Positions 31,065-40,862 are shown, counted from the first letter of the stretch. The stretch: DNA of 64,000 bases from an uncultured Pseudomonadota bacterium (GCA_963771225.1 CAVYSR010000024.1:101181-165180); one strand, 5' to 3'. Numbers and translations: made by a program. The notes: generated by a model from the letters alone, not told the origin.

Positions 31065-34000
31065 TGCGGATCCTCGGCGAAAACCCCACGCGCGGGCTTG
31101 CCATCGTTGCGTTTGCGTAGCACGGCAAAGAGATACGGCACCACGAACAGGGTCGTCGGCGTCGCGAACAGAAGTCCGCCGATGACGGCACGCGCCAATG
31201 CAGCGTTCTGCTCTTCACCCGCCCCGCCGATCGCCATCGGAATCATGCCGACGATCATCGCGGTCGCGGTCATCAGCACGGGACGGATGCGGGTGCGGCC
31301 CGCCGAGATCGCGGCGTCGAACGCTGTCATGCCGGCCAGCTGCTGCTCGCGCGCGAAGGTCACGAGCAGGATCGAATTGGCCGACGCGACGCCGATCGCC
31401 ATGATCGCACCCATCAGCGACGGCACGCTCAGCGTGGTGCTGGTGACATACAGCATGGTGATGATCCCGCAGAACGTGGCCGGCAAGGCCAGGATCACCA
31501 CGAACGGGTCGCCCCAGGTCTGGTAATTCACCACCATGAGCAGATAGACGAACACGGCCGCGAACATGATGCCGATGGCCAGATCGCGGAACGCCGAGTT
31601 CATGCTCTCGATCTGACCGATGACCTCGATCCGGTTACCCGGCGTCAACTGCGGCTTGTATTCCGCCACGATCTTGTCGATGTCGGCGGAGATCGAACCC
31701 AAGTCGCGGCCGTCGGCGTTGGCATAGATCTCATAGAGCGGCTGAATGTTGGCCTGGTTTGCATTGGTCGCGATCGAGTCGCGCGTCAGCGTTGCGACAT
31801 TGCTGAGCAGCCCCGGCACCGGATTGCTGTTGGCGACCGCGAACTTGGTCACCGGGGTGTTCTTGAGCTCGTTGATCGAGTCGAGCCGGTATTCGGGGGT
31901 CTGCACCGCCAGATAATAGGGCGTTCCGTTGGCCGGGTCGGTCCAGAAATTCGGCGACACCTGCACCGAGGAACTAAGGCTGGTGTTCAGGTTGAGAGCG
32001 ATATCGTTCACCGTGAGACCGAACTGGCTGGCGCGCGAACGATCGATCGTGGCGAACAGTTCGGGGGTGTTGATCTCCTGCTGCAGATGCACGTCGGCGA
32101 CGCCTGGAATGGCCGCGATCTTTTGCTGCAGTTCCTTCGCAATGCGCAGGTTGTTGGTGCGGTTGTAGCCGACGGTACGCACGTTGATCTGTGAAGGGAT
32201 GCTGAAATTCAGGATCTGGGTCACCATGTCGGCGGCCTGGAAGTAGAATATATTCTGCGGAAACTCGGCCGGCAGCACCTGGCGCAGCTTCTTGATGTAG
32301 CTCGCCGTCGGCTTGTGGTCTTCCTTCAGGGCGATCAGGATGACACCGTCGTTGACCCCGGTCGCGGTGCCATCACCGAAGGCATAATTGTAGGAGCGGG
32401 CCGGCAGGCCGATGTTGTCGACGATGAGATCGCGCTCCTCCGCCGGAATGATGTCACGGATCTTGTCTTCGACCTCCTGGAACATCGCCTCGGTCTTTTC
32501 GATGCGCGTCCCGGCCGGCACCCGCACGTGGAGCTGGATCTGGCCGCCATCGATCACCGGGAAGAAGTCGCGGCCAACGAACATAAACAACGTGCCGCCC
32601 AACAGCAGGATGATGGCGGCGACCACTGGTATGATAAGCCGATGCCGCAGCAAGCCGTCGAGCAGATCCGCATAGTTGCTGCGCATGCTCTCGAACCCGC
32701 GCTCGAATCTGGCGAACAGGCGCGCAAACCAGCCGTCGCCGGCCTCCGCGCCGTGGCGCTCGTTCTTGAGCAGCAGGCCGATAGTGATCGGCGTCAGCGT
32801 TCGCGAAAATGCGTAGGAGGCCAGCATCGCAAACACGACCGCAAGGCCGAGCGGGGTGAAGAGGTATTTGGCCGGGCCGTGCAGAAACACGACGGAGACG
32901 AACACGCAACTGATCGCGAGTGTCGAGACCAGCGTCGGCACTGCGATCTCCGCCGCACCGTGCAGCGTTGCGGACGGCAACGGCATGTGTTTTTCGGTAA
33001 GCAGGCGATGGGTGTTCTCGATCGTCACCGTCGAATCATCGACCAGGATGCCGATCGCCAGCGCCAACCCGCCCAGCGTCATGGTGTTGATGGTATCGCC
33101 GAGGAAATACAACACGATGAGCGAGGAAAGAATCGACAACGGGATCGAGATCATCACCACCAGCGTCGAGCGCCAGGACCCGAGAAACAGGATGATCATG
33201 AGCGCGGTGAGGACGGCGGCGATGGCGCCTTCCCGGAGCAGCCCCTGGATCGATGACTTGACGAACACCGACTGGTCGAACAGCTCCTTGATCACCATGC
33301 CGGGCGGAGCCGCCGCGCGCGAGGTGACCAGCGCGCCCTTGACCCCGTTCACGACGGCCAATGTCGAGGCATTACCGTTCTTGATGATGCTGAGCAGGAC
33401 CGAGCGACGGCCGTCGGTTCGCACGACGTTCTGCTGCACGGCGTTGCCATCGTGCACCTGACCGACGTCCTTGACGAAGATGGTGGCGCCGTTGGCGAAC
33501 TTGACCGGCATGTTGTTGAGATCGTCGATCGAGGTCGGCACCGCGTTGGTGCGGACGGTGTACTGGGTATCGCCGATCTTGGCCTGGCCCGACGGCACTG
33601 TCAGGTTCTGGGCATTGACGGCATTGACCACGTCGAGCGGCGTCAGTCCCTTGGCCTGCAGCTTCAGCGGATCGAGATCGACCATGATCTGCCGATACTT
33701 GCCGCCGGCCGGGGTCGGCAGGGTGACGCCGTGGATCGGCGCGAGCTGCTGCCGCAGGCGATAGATTCCGTAGTCGTAGAGTTGCTGCTCGCTGAGCGTA
33801 TCGGACGACAGCCCGATCTGCAGCACGGGAACGCTGGAGGCATTATACTGAACCACCACCGGCGCCTGGATGCCCGGCGGCATGATCAGGCGGATGAAAT
33901 TGGTCGCCGACACGATCTGCGAGATTGCGAGATCCAGGTTCACGTCGGGCTGGAAGAATATCTTCTGTACCGAGATGCCGTTCAGCGTCTGCGCTTCGAT

Positions 34001-34240
34001 GTCCTGAATGCCGTTGACGCTGGAGGACAGCGCGAACTGGCTGTAGGTCGTGACCCGCTGCTCCATCTCCGGCGTGCTGAGACCGGTGTACTGCCAGACG
34101 ATGGTTACGACGGGAATGTTGATTTCAGGGAAGATGTCCATCGGCATCGATACGATGGCGGTCGAGCCGAGAAACATGACAAGCGTGGCAAGCACGTAGA
34201 ACGTATACGGAAACCTTAAAGCGAAGCGAACAATGCCCAT
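31061..34240 (-). CDS. RND efflux permease (AcrB/NolG-like)
   Basis: 1059 aa; DIFPEINIP, GILVDD, RIRPVLMT. Confidence 0.95.
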   Translation of the reverse strand: MGIVRFALRFPYTFYVLATLVMFLGSTAIVSMPMDIFPEINIPVVTIVWQYTGLSTPEMEQRVTTYSQFALSSSVNGIQDIEAQTLNGISVQKIFFQPDVNLDLAISQIVSATNFIRLIMPPGIQAPVVVQYNASSVPVLQIGLSSDTLSEQQLYDYGIYRLRQQLAPIHGVTLPTPAGGKYRQIMVDLDPLKLQAKGLTPLDVVNAVNAQNLTVPSGQAKIGDTQYTVRTNAVPTSIDDLNNMPVKFANGATIFVKDVGQVHDGNAVQQNVVRTDGRRSVLLSIIKNGNASTLAVVNGVKGALVTSRAAAPPGMVIKELFDQSVFVKSSIQGLLREGAIAAVLTALMIILFLGSWRSTLVVMISIPLSILSSLIVLYFLGDTINTMTLGGLALAIGILVDDSTVTIENTHRLLTEKHMPLPSATLHGAAEIAVPTLVSTLAISCVFVSVVFLHGPAKYLFTPLGLAVVFAMLASYAFSRTLTPITIGLLLKNERHGAEAGDGWFARLFARFERGFESMRSNYADLLDGLLRHRLIIPVVAAIILLLGGTLFMFVGRDFFPVIDGGQIQLHVRVPAGTRIEKTEAMFQEVEDKIRDIIPAEERDLIVDNIGLPARSYNYAFGDGTATGVNDGVILIALKEDHKPTASYIKKLRQVLPAEFPQNIFYFQAADMVTQILNFSIPSQINVRTVGYNRTNNLRIAKELQQKIAAIPGVADVHLQQEINTPELFATIDRSRASQFGLTVNDIALNLNTSLSSSVQVSPNFWTDPANGTPYYLAVQTPEYRLDSINELKNTPVTKFAVANSNPVPGLLSNVATLTRDSIATNANQANIQPLYEIYANADGRDLGSISADIDKIVAEYKPQLTPGNRIEVIGQIESMNSAFRDLAIGIMFAAVFVYLLMVVNYQTWGDPFVVILALPATFCGIITMLYVTSTTLSVPSLMGAIMAIGVASANSILLVTFAREQQLAGMTAFDAAISAGRTRIRPVLMTATAMIVGMIPMAIGGAGEEQNAALARAVIGGLLFATPTTLFVVPYLFAVLRKRNDGKPARGVFAEDPQ

Positions 34241-34691
34241 CGTTGAACCATTGCCTGCGGCTTGCGATCAAGGCCGCCGAGTTGCGAGGATGTATCTTCT
34301 TATTGTGTCACTTCAAGCGAACCGGCCGAGGCTAGGCGCGGGAAGAGGTTCGGCCTCGACCGCATTTACTGAGGTAAATTCAGCATATTGCGCGAAAACT
34401 AGCCATACTCGAACCAGCAGGGCAAGCGTTGATATTCCACATGACAGGCGTGCCATAGACCGAAAACCGCGTTTTTTCCCGGGATTGCGCTTATTTCTTC
34501 CACGCCGCTTGGCACCGCGCAGCCGTGAGACTCCAAACTCCGATCAACTTTTTGCGTTTGTTTGCGCCAGTCGGGGCCTCTCGTACCCCCCAACGCATCC
34601 AGGGCAAATTTCCGTTACCGGCCCGACGGAGGAGACTGGTTCGATAACTGCGTGACGGATCCCCGGTTTGAGCCCGATAACCTCCTCAAGA

Positions 34692-35216
34692 TCAGCCCAG
34701 CCCCGCTTCCTTCAGACGCCGGGAGAACCAACGGGATAAAGCCGGGTTGATGGCACCGCCGACATACACTTCCGACGAGGCGACGTTTGTTTTCGCAAGC
34801 GTCACCAGCACGCCGATCTGGTAGGCGAACCACAGATGCGGATCGGTCAGGCCGCGCAGCTTGTGCTGGTCGTGTTCCGGCGGCTGACGGTTGGTTGCCT
34901 TCCTGACTTCGATCGCGAGCAGGTTTTCCGGAATGGCCCGGTGGTGCACGACAATGTCGGGGAAAACCGATTTTCCATTGCCATCGTCGGTCGAGATAAC
35001 GGTTCCCCTCGGCAGCCGAAGCATCCGCTCGCCGAGGCGATTGTAGTCGCAGTCGACGTCCCATCCGTCAAATTGCTTTTCGACATGCACAGCCAGGCGA
35101 TGGTTGAACGTGCGCTCGCCGAGATCCTTTTCGAACAACTGGCTCTCGCGCGCATAGAAATCCCCGAGCGCACTGACGATCTTGTCCAGCTCGGCCTGCA
35201 TCTTTTCGGGCTGCAT
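34692..35216 (-). CDS. Hypothetical protein, possible PD-(D/E)XK fold
   Basis: VDCDYNR...FPDIVVH...LLAIEVRK. Confidence 0.65.
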   Translation of the reverse strand: MQPEKMQAELDKIVSALGDFYARESQLFEKDLGERTFNHRLAVHVEKQFDGWDVDCDYNRLGERMLRLPRGTVISTDDGNGKSVFPDIVVHHRAIPENLLAIEVRKATNRQPPEHDQHKLRGLTDPHLWFAYQIGVLVTLAKTNVASSEVYVGGAINPALSRWFSRRLKEAGLG

Positions 35217-35272
35217 CGCACCTCCGTCACCAGCATCCTAGAGCCTGACCGGAAAGGCAGCGAGCCCTTTTG

Positions 35273-35344
35273 CAACCGTTCGAAGGACGGCGTCGCTTCC
35301 GCTCGTTCCAACCGTCCGAAGGACGGCGTCGCTACCGCTCGCCT
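35273..35344. repeat. 36-bp tandem duplication
   Basis: CAACCGT(T/C)CGAAGGACGGCGTCGCT(T/A)CCGCTCG twice. Confidence 0.8.
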
Positions 35345-35352
35345 ATGGCCAG

Positions 35353-36907
35353 TTATCCTCCCATCTGCACTTCGATCAGGCGCGGTCCCTTTTCGGCCAC
35401 ACCCTCCGCCAGCGCCTTGTTGAACTCGTCGACATTGGTCACCGCGCGGCCGGGCACACCCATGCCTCTGGCGAGCGAAACAAAGTCGAGCGTGGGCCGG
35501 TCGATCTTCAGCATGTCGAGGGCGCGCTGTCCGGGTTCGCCGGCGCCGACGCCATCGAATTCGCCGCGCAGGATCTGATAGATCCGGTTGGCGAACACGA
35601 TGGTCAGAACGTTGAGGCCTTCGCGGGCCTGGGTCCACAGCGATTGCAGCGTGTACATCGCGCTGCCGTCGCCGACCATGCAGATCACCTTGCGATCCGG
35701 GCACGCCACCGCCGCACCGGTTGAGATCGGCGTCGAAAATCCGATCGAGCCGCCCATGTTCTGCAGCCAGTCATGCGGGGCGGCGGCCGCCGTCGGCGGA
35801 AAGAAGCCGCGGCCGGTTGTGATGGACTCATCGACGATGATGGCATTTTCCGGGATCGCCAGCGCGATCGCCTGCGCGATCGAGGCGTGGGTCAGCGCCC
35901 CCGTCGGCCTGGTCAATTCGACGAGCTGCTGCGGCTTGACGTCCTGCGGCGTCGCGCGAAGCGCATCCGACAGCGCCTCCAGCGCGGCAACCGAATTTTC
36001 GCCCCACGCCGTCATGCGGTGGACCTCGCAGCCCTCGGGCTTGAGCATGCTCGGCTTGTTCGGATAGGCAAAGAAGGCGACCGGATCGTTGGCCTCGACC
36101 AGAATGATGTTCTTGAAGTCCTTCAGGAGCGGCAGCGCCGTCTCGATCACGTAAGGGATACGGTCGATCGAGAACCGGCCGCGGCCGCGCGCCATGCGCG
36201 GGTGATAGGTCTGGCCCATCACCTTGCAGCCGGTCTTGCCGGCAATCCGCTGCGCCAGCGCCAGCCCCTTTTCGGTCAGCGCGCTGCCGGTGATCAGCAG
36301 CAGGTTCTGCGCAGCCCCGCCATGCAGCAGCTTCGCCGCCCGCTCGACCGCCTCCGGCGGAATAACCGGCGCGCTGGCTTGGCGCCGGCACCTCGGCGAT
36401 GCCATCGGCTTCGTTCCATGCGGTATCCGCGGGCAGGATCAGGGTCGCGATCTCAGGCGGCGAACTTTTGGCCGCGGCGATCGCGGCAGCCCCATCGGCG
36501 GCGACCGATTTGGCGTCGGGCGAGGTTCGCACCCAGGCCGACATCGGCCGCGCCAGCCCCTCGATATCGGAGGTCAGCGGCGCATTCAGCCCGATATGAT
36601 AGGTCGCATGCTGGCCGACGATGTTGACGATGCCGGAATGGGCCTTCTTGGCGTTGTGCAGATTGGCAAGTCCGTTGGCGAGGCCGGGTCCAAGGTGCAG
36701 CAGCGTCGATGCCGGCGTGCCCTTCATGCGGAAATAGCCGTCGGCAGCCCCCGTCACCACGCCCTCGAACAGGCCGAGCACGCAGCGCATGCCCTCGACC
36801 CGGTCCAGTGCGGCGACAAAATGCATCTCCGAGGTGCCGGGATTGGCGAAACAGACGTCAACGCCACCCGCGACCAGGGTCCGCACCAGACTTTCCGCAC
36901 CGTTCAT
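35353..36907 (-). CDS. Acetolactate synthase large subunit-like ThDP enzyme, frameshift near 36380
   Basis: MNGAESLV...FANPGTSE; GDGSAMY...N ThDP motif. Confidence 0.9.
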
Positions 36908-37140
36908 CGTTCCACTCCCATTCGCGACATCTATCTAATCGTTGAGCGACCTAATAATTGAATAATTGAGCGCGCGCTCCGACGCAAAGCCTTGCCGGGC
37001 ATTGCTGCCATCGCCGCAGCCATGGTGGCTTTTTAACCTCAGTGCCGGAAAAACCGCAGCGCTCACGCTGCCGTGGGTTGCGAAATCGCATGATTTATGG
37101 CCTGTCTCGCGCTCAGGCCGATTTTTTCGCGAGGCAGAAA

Positions 37141-37683
37141 ATGTCCCGGGTTTTTGCATGGCTGCTGGCGGCGATGACCTTGCTGGCCGTCGACCCTGCG
37201 CGAGCCCAAGGCTTCAACTTTGGCAATTTCTTTGGAGGCGGCGGGATTCCGCGAGAACTCGTGAGCTTCTCCGGCCGCTATTCGCCCGGCACCATCGTCA
37301 TCAGCACCAGCGAGCGGCGGCTTTATCTGGTGCTCCCCCAGGGCCAGGCGCTGAGATACGGCATCGGCGTCGGCCGCGACGGTTTTAGCTGGAGCGGCAG
37401 CCATCGCATCACCGCCAAGAAGGAATGGCCGGGCTGGACCCCGCCCGCGGAGATGCTGGCGCGGCGGCCGGACCTGCCGCGCTATTTGCCCGGCGGCATC
37501 CAGAACCCGCTCGGCGCCCGCGCCATGTATCTGGGCTCGACGCTCTATCGCATTCACGGCTCGAACGAGCCGGAAACCATCGGCCATGCGGTATCCTCCG
37601 GCTGCATTCGGATGACCAACGAAGACGTGACCGACCTGTACAATCGCGTCGGCGTCGGCACCATGGTCATCGTCAGGAACTGA
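37141..37683 (+). CDS. L,D-transpeptidase (ErfK/YkuD)
   Basis: NPLGARAMY, RIHGS...SSGCIRM. Confidence 0.93.
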   Translation: MSRVFAWLLAAMTLLAVDPARAQGFNFGNFFGGGGIPRELVSFSGRYSPGTIVISTSERRLYLVLPQGQALRYGIGVGRDGFSWSGSHRITAKKEWPGWTPPAEMLARRPDLPRYLPGGIQNPLGARAMYLGSTLYRIHGSNEPETIGHAVSSGCIRMTNEDVTDLYNRVGVGTMVIVRN

Positions 37684-37870
37684 ACCCTATCCGCGCCAAA
37701 GGGAGCGCGCGCCGCAATCGCTTCATCGAAATGCCCAAGGCCGATGAAGGCAATCCCACACCTGTGTAATGTAAGTCGCGAATACGATCGGATCGGGCGC
37801 GCTTAGTGGCGCGTTCGAAACTCCGGACGTCGCAGCATCGAAATCACCAGCAACCCTGAAGGGAATTGTC

Positions 37871-38966
37871 ATGGCCTCGCGCCGTCATTTTCTGAAGGCG
37901 GGCGCCGACCGGCATCGTCTTTTGCGGCTGCGGTCTCCTGCACGGCGTGCACGCCCAGCAGCCGGCACGGCAGAAATTACCCGTCATGGTCGGTGGCAAA
38001 CGGGTCAAAACGATCGACGTGCACGCCCATTGCCAGTTCCGCGAAGCCGGCGCACTGCTCGGCGCCGGCGCTGCCTCGCTCGTCGACGGACGACCATTCA
38101 ACGAGGTCGCGGCCGTGGCCTTCATCGAGATCGACAAGCGGCTCGCCGCCATGGACGCGCAGGCGGTCGACATGGAAGTGCTGTCGATCAATCCATTCTG
38201 GTATGGCAGCGAGCGCGATCTCGCCGGCCAGATCGTGAAGCTGCAGAACGAAAAGCTGGCAGAACTCTGCGCCTCCAAACCCGACCGGTTTGCGGCCTTC
38301 GCCTCGCTCACCCTGCAGGCGCCCGATCTCGCCGTGCAGGAACTGGAAACCGCGGTTGGGAAACAGGGGCTCAAGGGAGCCGCGATCGGCGGCACTGTCA
38401 ACGGCGAGGCATTTTCCGATCCGAAATTTCATCCGGTGTGGGCCAAGGCGGAAGAACTCGGCGTGCCCCTGTTCATTCATCCGACGGGCATCCCCGAGCT
38501 TGCGAAGAAATTGGCCGGCAACGGTTGGCTCACCAACGCGGTCGGCTATCCCCTGGAGACGACGATCGCACTCTCGCACCTCATCTTCGAGGGCACGTTC
38601 GATCGCTTTCCGAAGCTCAAAGTGATCGCCGCCCATGGCGGCGGCTTCCTGCCGTCCTACGCCGATCGTTCGGACCACGCCTGTCTGGTCAGTCCGAGGA
38701 GCTGCAATCCGAATATCCAGCTCAAGAAGGCGCCGACGGAGTATCTCAAGCAGATCTATTTCGATTCGCTGATCTTCACGCCCGAGGCGATCCGGCATCT
38801 GGTGGCCCAGGTCGGCGCCAGTCAGGTCGTGCTGGGCAGCGACTGTCCGTATCCATGGCAGTTGCAACCGGTCGACCATATTTTCGCATCGGAATCGCTC
38901 TCCGACGACCACAAGGCCGATATCCTCGGCCGCACCGCGGCACGACTGTTGAATTTCACCGCCTGA
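37871..38966 (+). CDS. Tat-exported amidohydrolase_2 (ACMSD/LigW-like) protein, frameshift near 37907
   Basis: MASRRHFL Tat motif; IDVHAH, LFIHP, AHGGG, GSDCPY. Confidence 0.88.
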
Positions 38967-39010
38967 CATCTGCTGGGGCGTTAAAGCGAGCTGGATCTGC
39001 CCATGACGAG

Positions 39011-39026
39011 TGTGCGCGCGGTCACA
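39011..39026. promoter_or_regulatory. CRP-family-like site upstream of precursor 1
   Basis: TGTGC-GCGCGG-TCACA versus consensus TGTGA-N6-TCACA; conserved before precursor 2. Confidence 0.55.
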
Positions 39027-39106
39027 TCGCGCCGTCTCCACGTCTGGCTAGGTGGAAAGCGGTAGGCACTTCTGCCGACCCTAGCAACCTGACCTGGAGA
39101 TTACTC

Positions 39107-39304
39107 ATGATCGACGACAGCAAAGTTACCAAGACCAACTCGCGCATCCTGGCCCGCCAGCTCGCGCGGCCGCTCACCGACGAAGAGATCGATTACGTTG
39201 GCGGCGGCATGATTGCGCGCGCCGAGATCGGTGGCGCCTCGGCCACCCGCCGTGCCGATACGTGCTCGACCACGGGCTGCCCCGCGAACGACAGCGACTG
39301 TTGA
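39107..39304 (+). CDS. RiPP (graspetide-type) precursor peptide 1, 65 aa
   Basis: GGAGA RBS; MIDDSKVTKTNSRILARQLARPLTDEEIDYVGG-GMIARAEIGGASATRRADTCSTTGCPANDSDC; paralog at 40627. Confidence 0.88.
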   Translation: MIDDSKVTKTNSRILARQLARPLTDEEIDYVGGGMIARAEIGGASATRRADTCSTTGCPANDSDC

Positions 39305-39312
39305 CTTACCTT

Positions 39313-39347
39313 GTCCCCGCCGACCTATTGCGCCGGTCGGCGGAGAC
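39313..39347 (+). terminator. GC-rich stem-loop after precursor 1 (no U-tract; stabiliser or attenuator)
   Basis: GTCCCCGCCGACC-N9-GGTCGGCGGAGAC. Confidence 0.6.
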
Positions 39348-39389
39348 CGCTCAACTCAAGCGATATTCAAAGCAAGGGGTCGATATCCG

Positions 39390-40511
39390 ATGACCGTCCT
39401 CATTCTCGGCTTTCCCCAGGATGTCCATATTCATGCGGTCCGCTGGGCGATCGAACAGGCGGGGGGGCGGCATCACACCGTCTACGCGCCGGACCTGCCG
39501 CAGGTGCTGCGGTCATCGATGCACATTACGCAAACCTCACACGCCGTCTCCGTTCGCGATGGCGAGGGCCATGGAGCAAGCGGCGACTGGAGCACGGTAT
39601 GGTTCCGCCGCAGCGGGCTGCCGATGCGGCCGCCTGGCATGTCGGATGCGGATTGGGCCGTGGCTTCCCGCGAATGCGACTATCACATCCGCAACCTGCG
39701 GCAGCTCATCGCGCCTGACGCCTTCTGGGTGAATAATATCGCGGCACGCGAGGTGGTGTTGCTGAAGATGCCTCAACTCGTCGCTGCCGCGCAGTGTGGT
39801 TTGGCCATCCCTGAGACACTCTACAGCAACGATCCCGAAGAGATCCGCCGCTTCTGGGGTGAGCATCGCAACGCGGGCGTCATCTTCAAGCTGCATTTGC
39901 AGACGCATTGGCATGCGCAATCGAGCGGCGAGCGCCACGCGCTTTTCACCACCGAGCTGCGCCAGGAGAACCTTCAGGACGATGAGCCGCTTGCGGGCTG
40001 CCCGGCGATTTATCAGCGCAAGGTCGAGAAGGCCTACGAATTGCGCGTCACCTGCATGGACGAGCGCTGCGTGGCCATTCGTCTCGACTCGCAGTCGCGC
40101 GATTCGACGCGGCTCGATTGGCGATCGGATATGGTGGCGCCGCTCAAGCCGTCGCTGGTCGTATTGCCACGCACGGTCGAGGAGCGGTGCATCGCGCTCA
40201 TGCGCAAGCTCGGACTTGCCTTCGGCTGCATCGATCTCATCGTTACGCCCGAGGGGGAACACATTTTCCTCGAGGTCAACGAGATGGGGCAGTTTCTGTG
40301 GGTGGAACAGGACGAGCCAAGATCGGAGCTGCTCCGCTGCTTTGCGACGCTCCTGCTCCATCGGCAGCTTGGGCCGGCGAGCAGGCTCGTCGGCGATGAA
40401 GGATTGAGTTACGCGGGCTTTCTCGCTTCCGGCGCGTGGGAGCGAGGCTACGCCGAGGACGGCGAGAGCCATGCCAAGTATTCTCCACCGGGCCTCATCA
40501 ACGAACCTTGA
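39390..40511 (+). CDS. ATP-grasp peptide maturase (graspetide synthetase, MvdC/MvdD-like)
   Basis: TVWFRR, WVN, KMPQL, IPETLYSN, IFK, PAIYQRKVEKAYELRVT, RLDWR, GLAFGCIDLI, FLEVNEMGQFLWVE. Confidence 0.9.
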   Translation: MTVLILGFPQDVHIHAVRWAIEQAGGRHHTVYAPDLPQVLRSSMHITQTSHAVSVRDGEGHGASGDWSTVWFRRSGLPMRPPGMSDADWAVASRECDYHIRNLRQLIAPDAFWVNNIAAREVVLLKMPQLVAAAQCGLAIPETLYSNDPEEIRRFWGEHRNAGVIFKLHLQTHWHAQSSGERHALFTTELRQENLQDDEPLAGCPAIYQRKVEKAYELRVTCMDERCVAIRLDSQSRDSTRLDWRSDMVAPLKPSLVVLPRTVEERCIALMRKLGLAFGCIDLIVTPEGEHIFLEVNEMGQFLWVEQDEPRSELLRCFATLLLHRQLGPASRLVGDEGLSYAGFLASGAWERGYAEDGESHAKYSPPGLINEP

Positions 40512-40515
40512 CGAG

Positions 40516-40531
40516 TGTGGGCGCGATCACA
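40516..40531. promoter_or_regulatory. CRP-family-like site upstream of precursor 2
   Basis: TGTGG-GCGCGA-TCACA. Confidence 0.55.
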
Positions 40532-40626
40532 TCGCGCAGCCTCCACGTCTGGCAGCGTGAAAGCGGTCGGCGCTTCTGCCGACCCTAGCAACCCAGACTT
40601 GTTCAACCCAGACTTGGAGACTGCTC

Positions 40627-40827
40627 ATGATCAACGACACCAAAGTTACCAAGACCAACGCGCGGATCCTGGCCCGCCAGCTCGCGCGGCCGCTCACCGA
40701 CGACGAGATCGCCCACGTTGCCGGCGGTATGATTTCGCGCGGCGAGACAGGTGGCGTCAGCTCTGCGAGCGTGCGTCATACTCCCACTACGGCCTCGGTC
40801 TGCCCCGGGAACGACGCCGACGAGTGA
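40627..40827 (+). CDS. RiPP (graspetide-type) precursor peptide 2, 66 aa
   Basis: GGAGA RBS; MINDTKVTKTNARILARQLARPLTDDEIAHVAGG-MISRGETGGVSSASVRHTPTTASVCPGNDADE. Confidence 0.88.
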   Translation: MINDTKVTKTNARILARQLARPLTDDEIAHVAGGMISRGETGGVSSASVRHTPTTASVCPGNDADE

Positions 40828-40835
40828 TTTACTTG

Positions 40836-40862
40836 CTCCCCGCCGACCTGGTCGGCGGGGAG
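40836..40862 (+). terminator. Perfect inverted repeat after precursor 2
   Basis: CTCCCCGCCGACC-T-GGTCGGCGGGGAG. Confidence 0.65.

Noticed and set aside
29760-31526. Long antisense ORFs (also 25251-26561, 52467-54110, 11848-12912, 48340-49593)
   Set aside because: Shadow frames of real GC-rich genes on the opposite strand, with no motifs.
35273-35344. Possible mini-CRISPR (36-bp unit)
   Set aside because: Two abutting copies with no spacer and no cas genes.
39041-39060. Sigma-54 promoter before the precursors
   Set aside because: TGGC is present but there is no TTGC at the required spacing in either copy.
37871-39304. 477-aa ORF as a single protein
   Set aside because: Artefact: it begins with the amidohydrolase Tat signal, runs out of frame after the indel, and ends in precursor 1, which has its own RBS and ATG at 39107.
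39390-40511. RimK or glutathione synthetase housekeeping enzyme
   Set aside because: The DWR and GQFLW motifs and the two flanking Ser/Thr/Asp-rich peptides fit a peptide maturase better.
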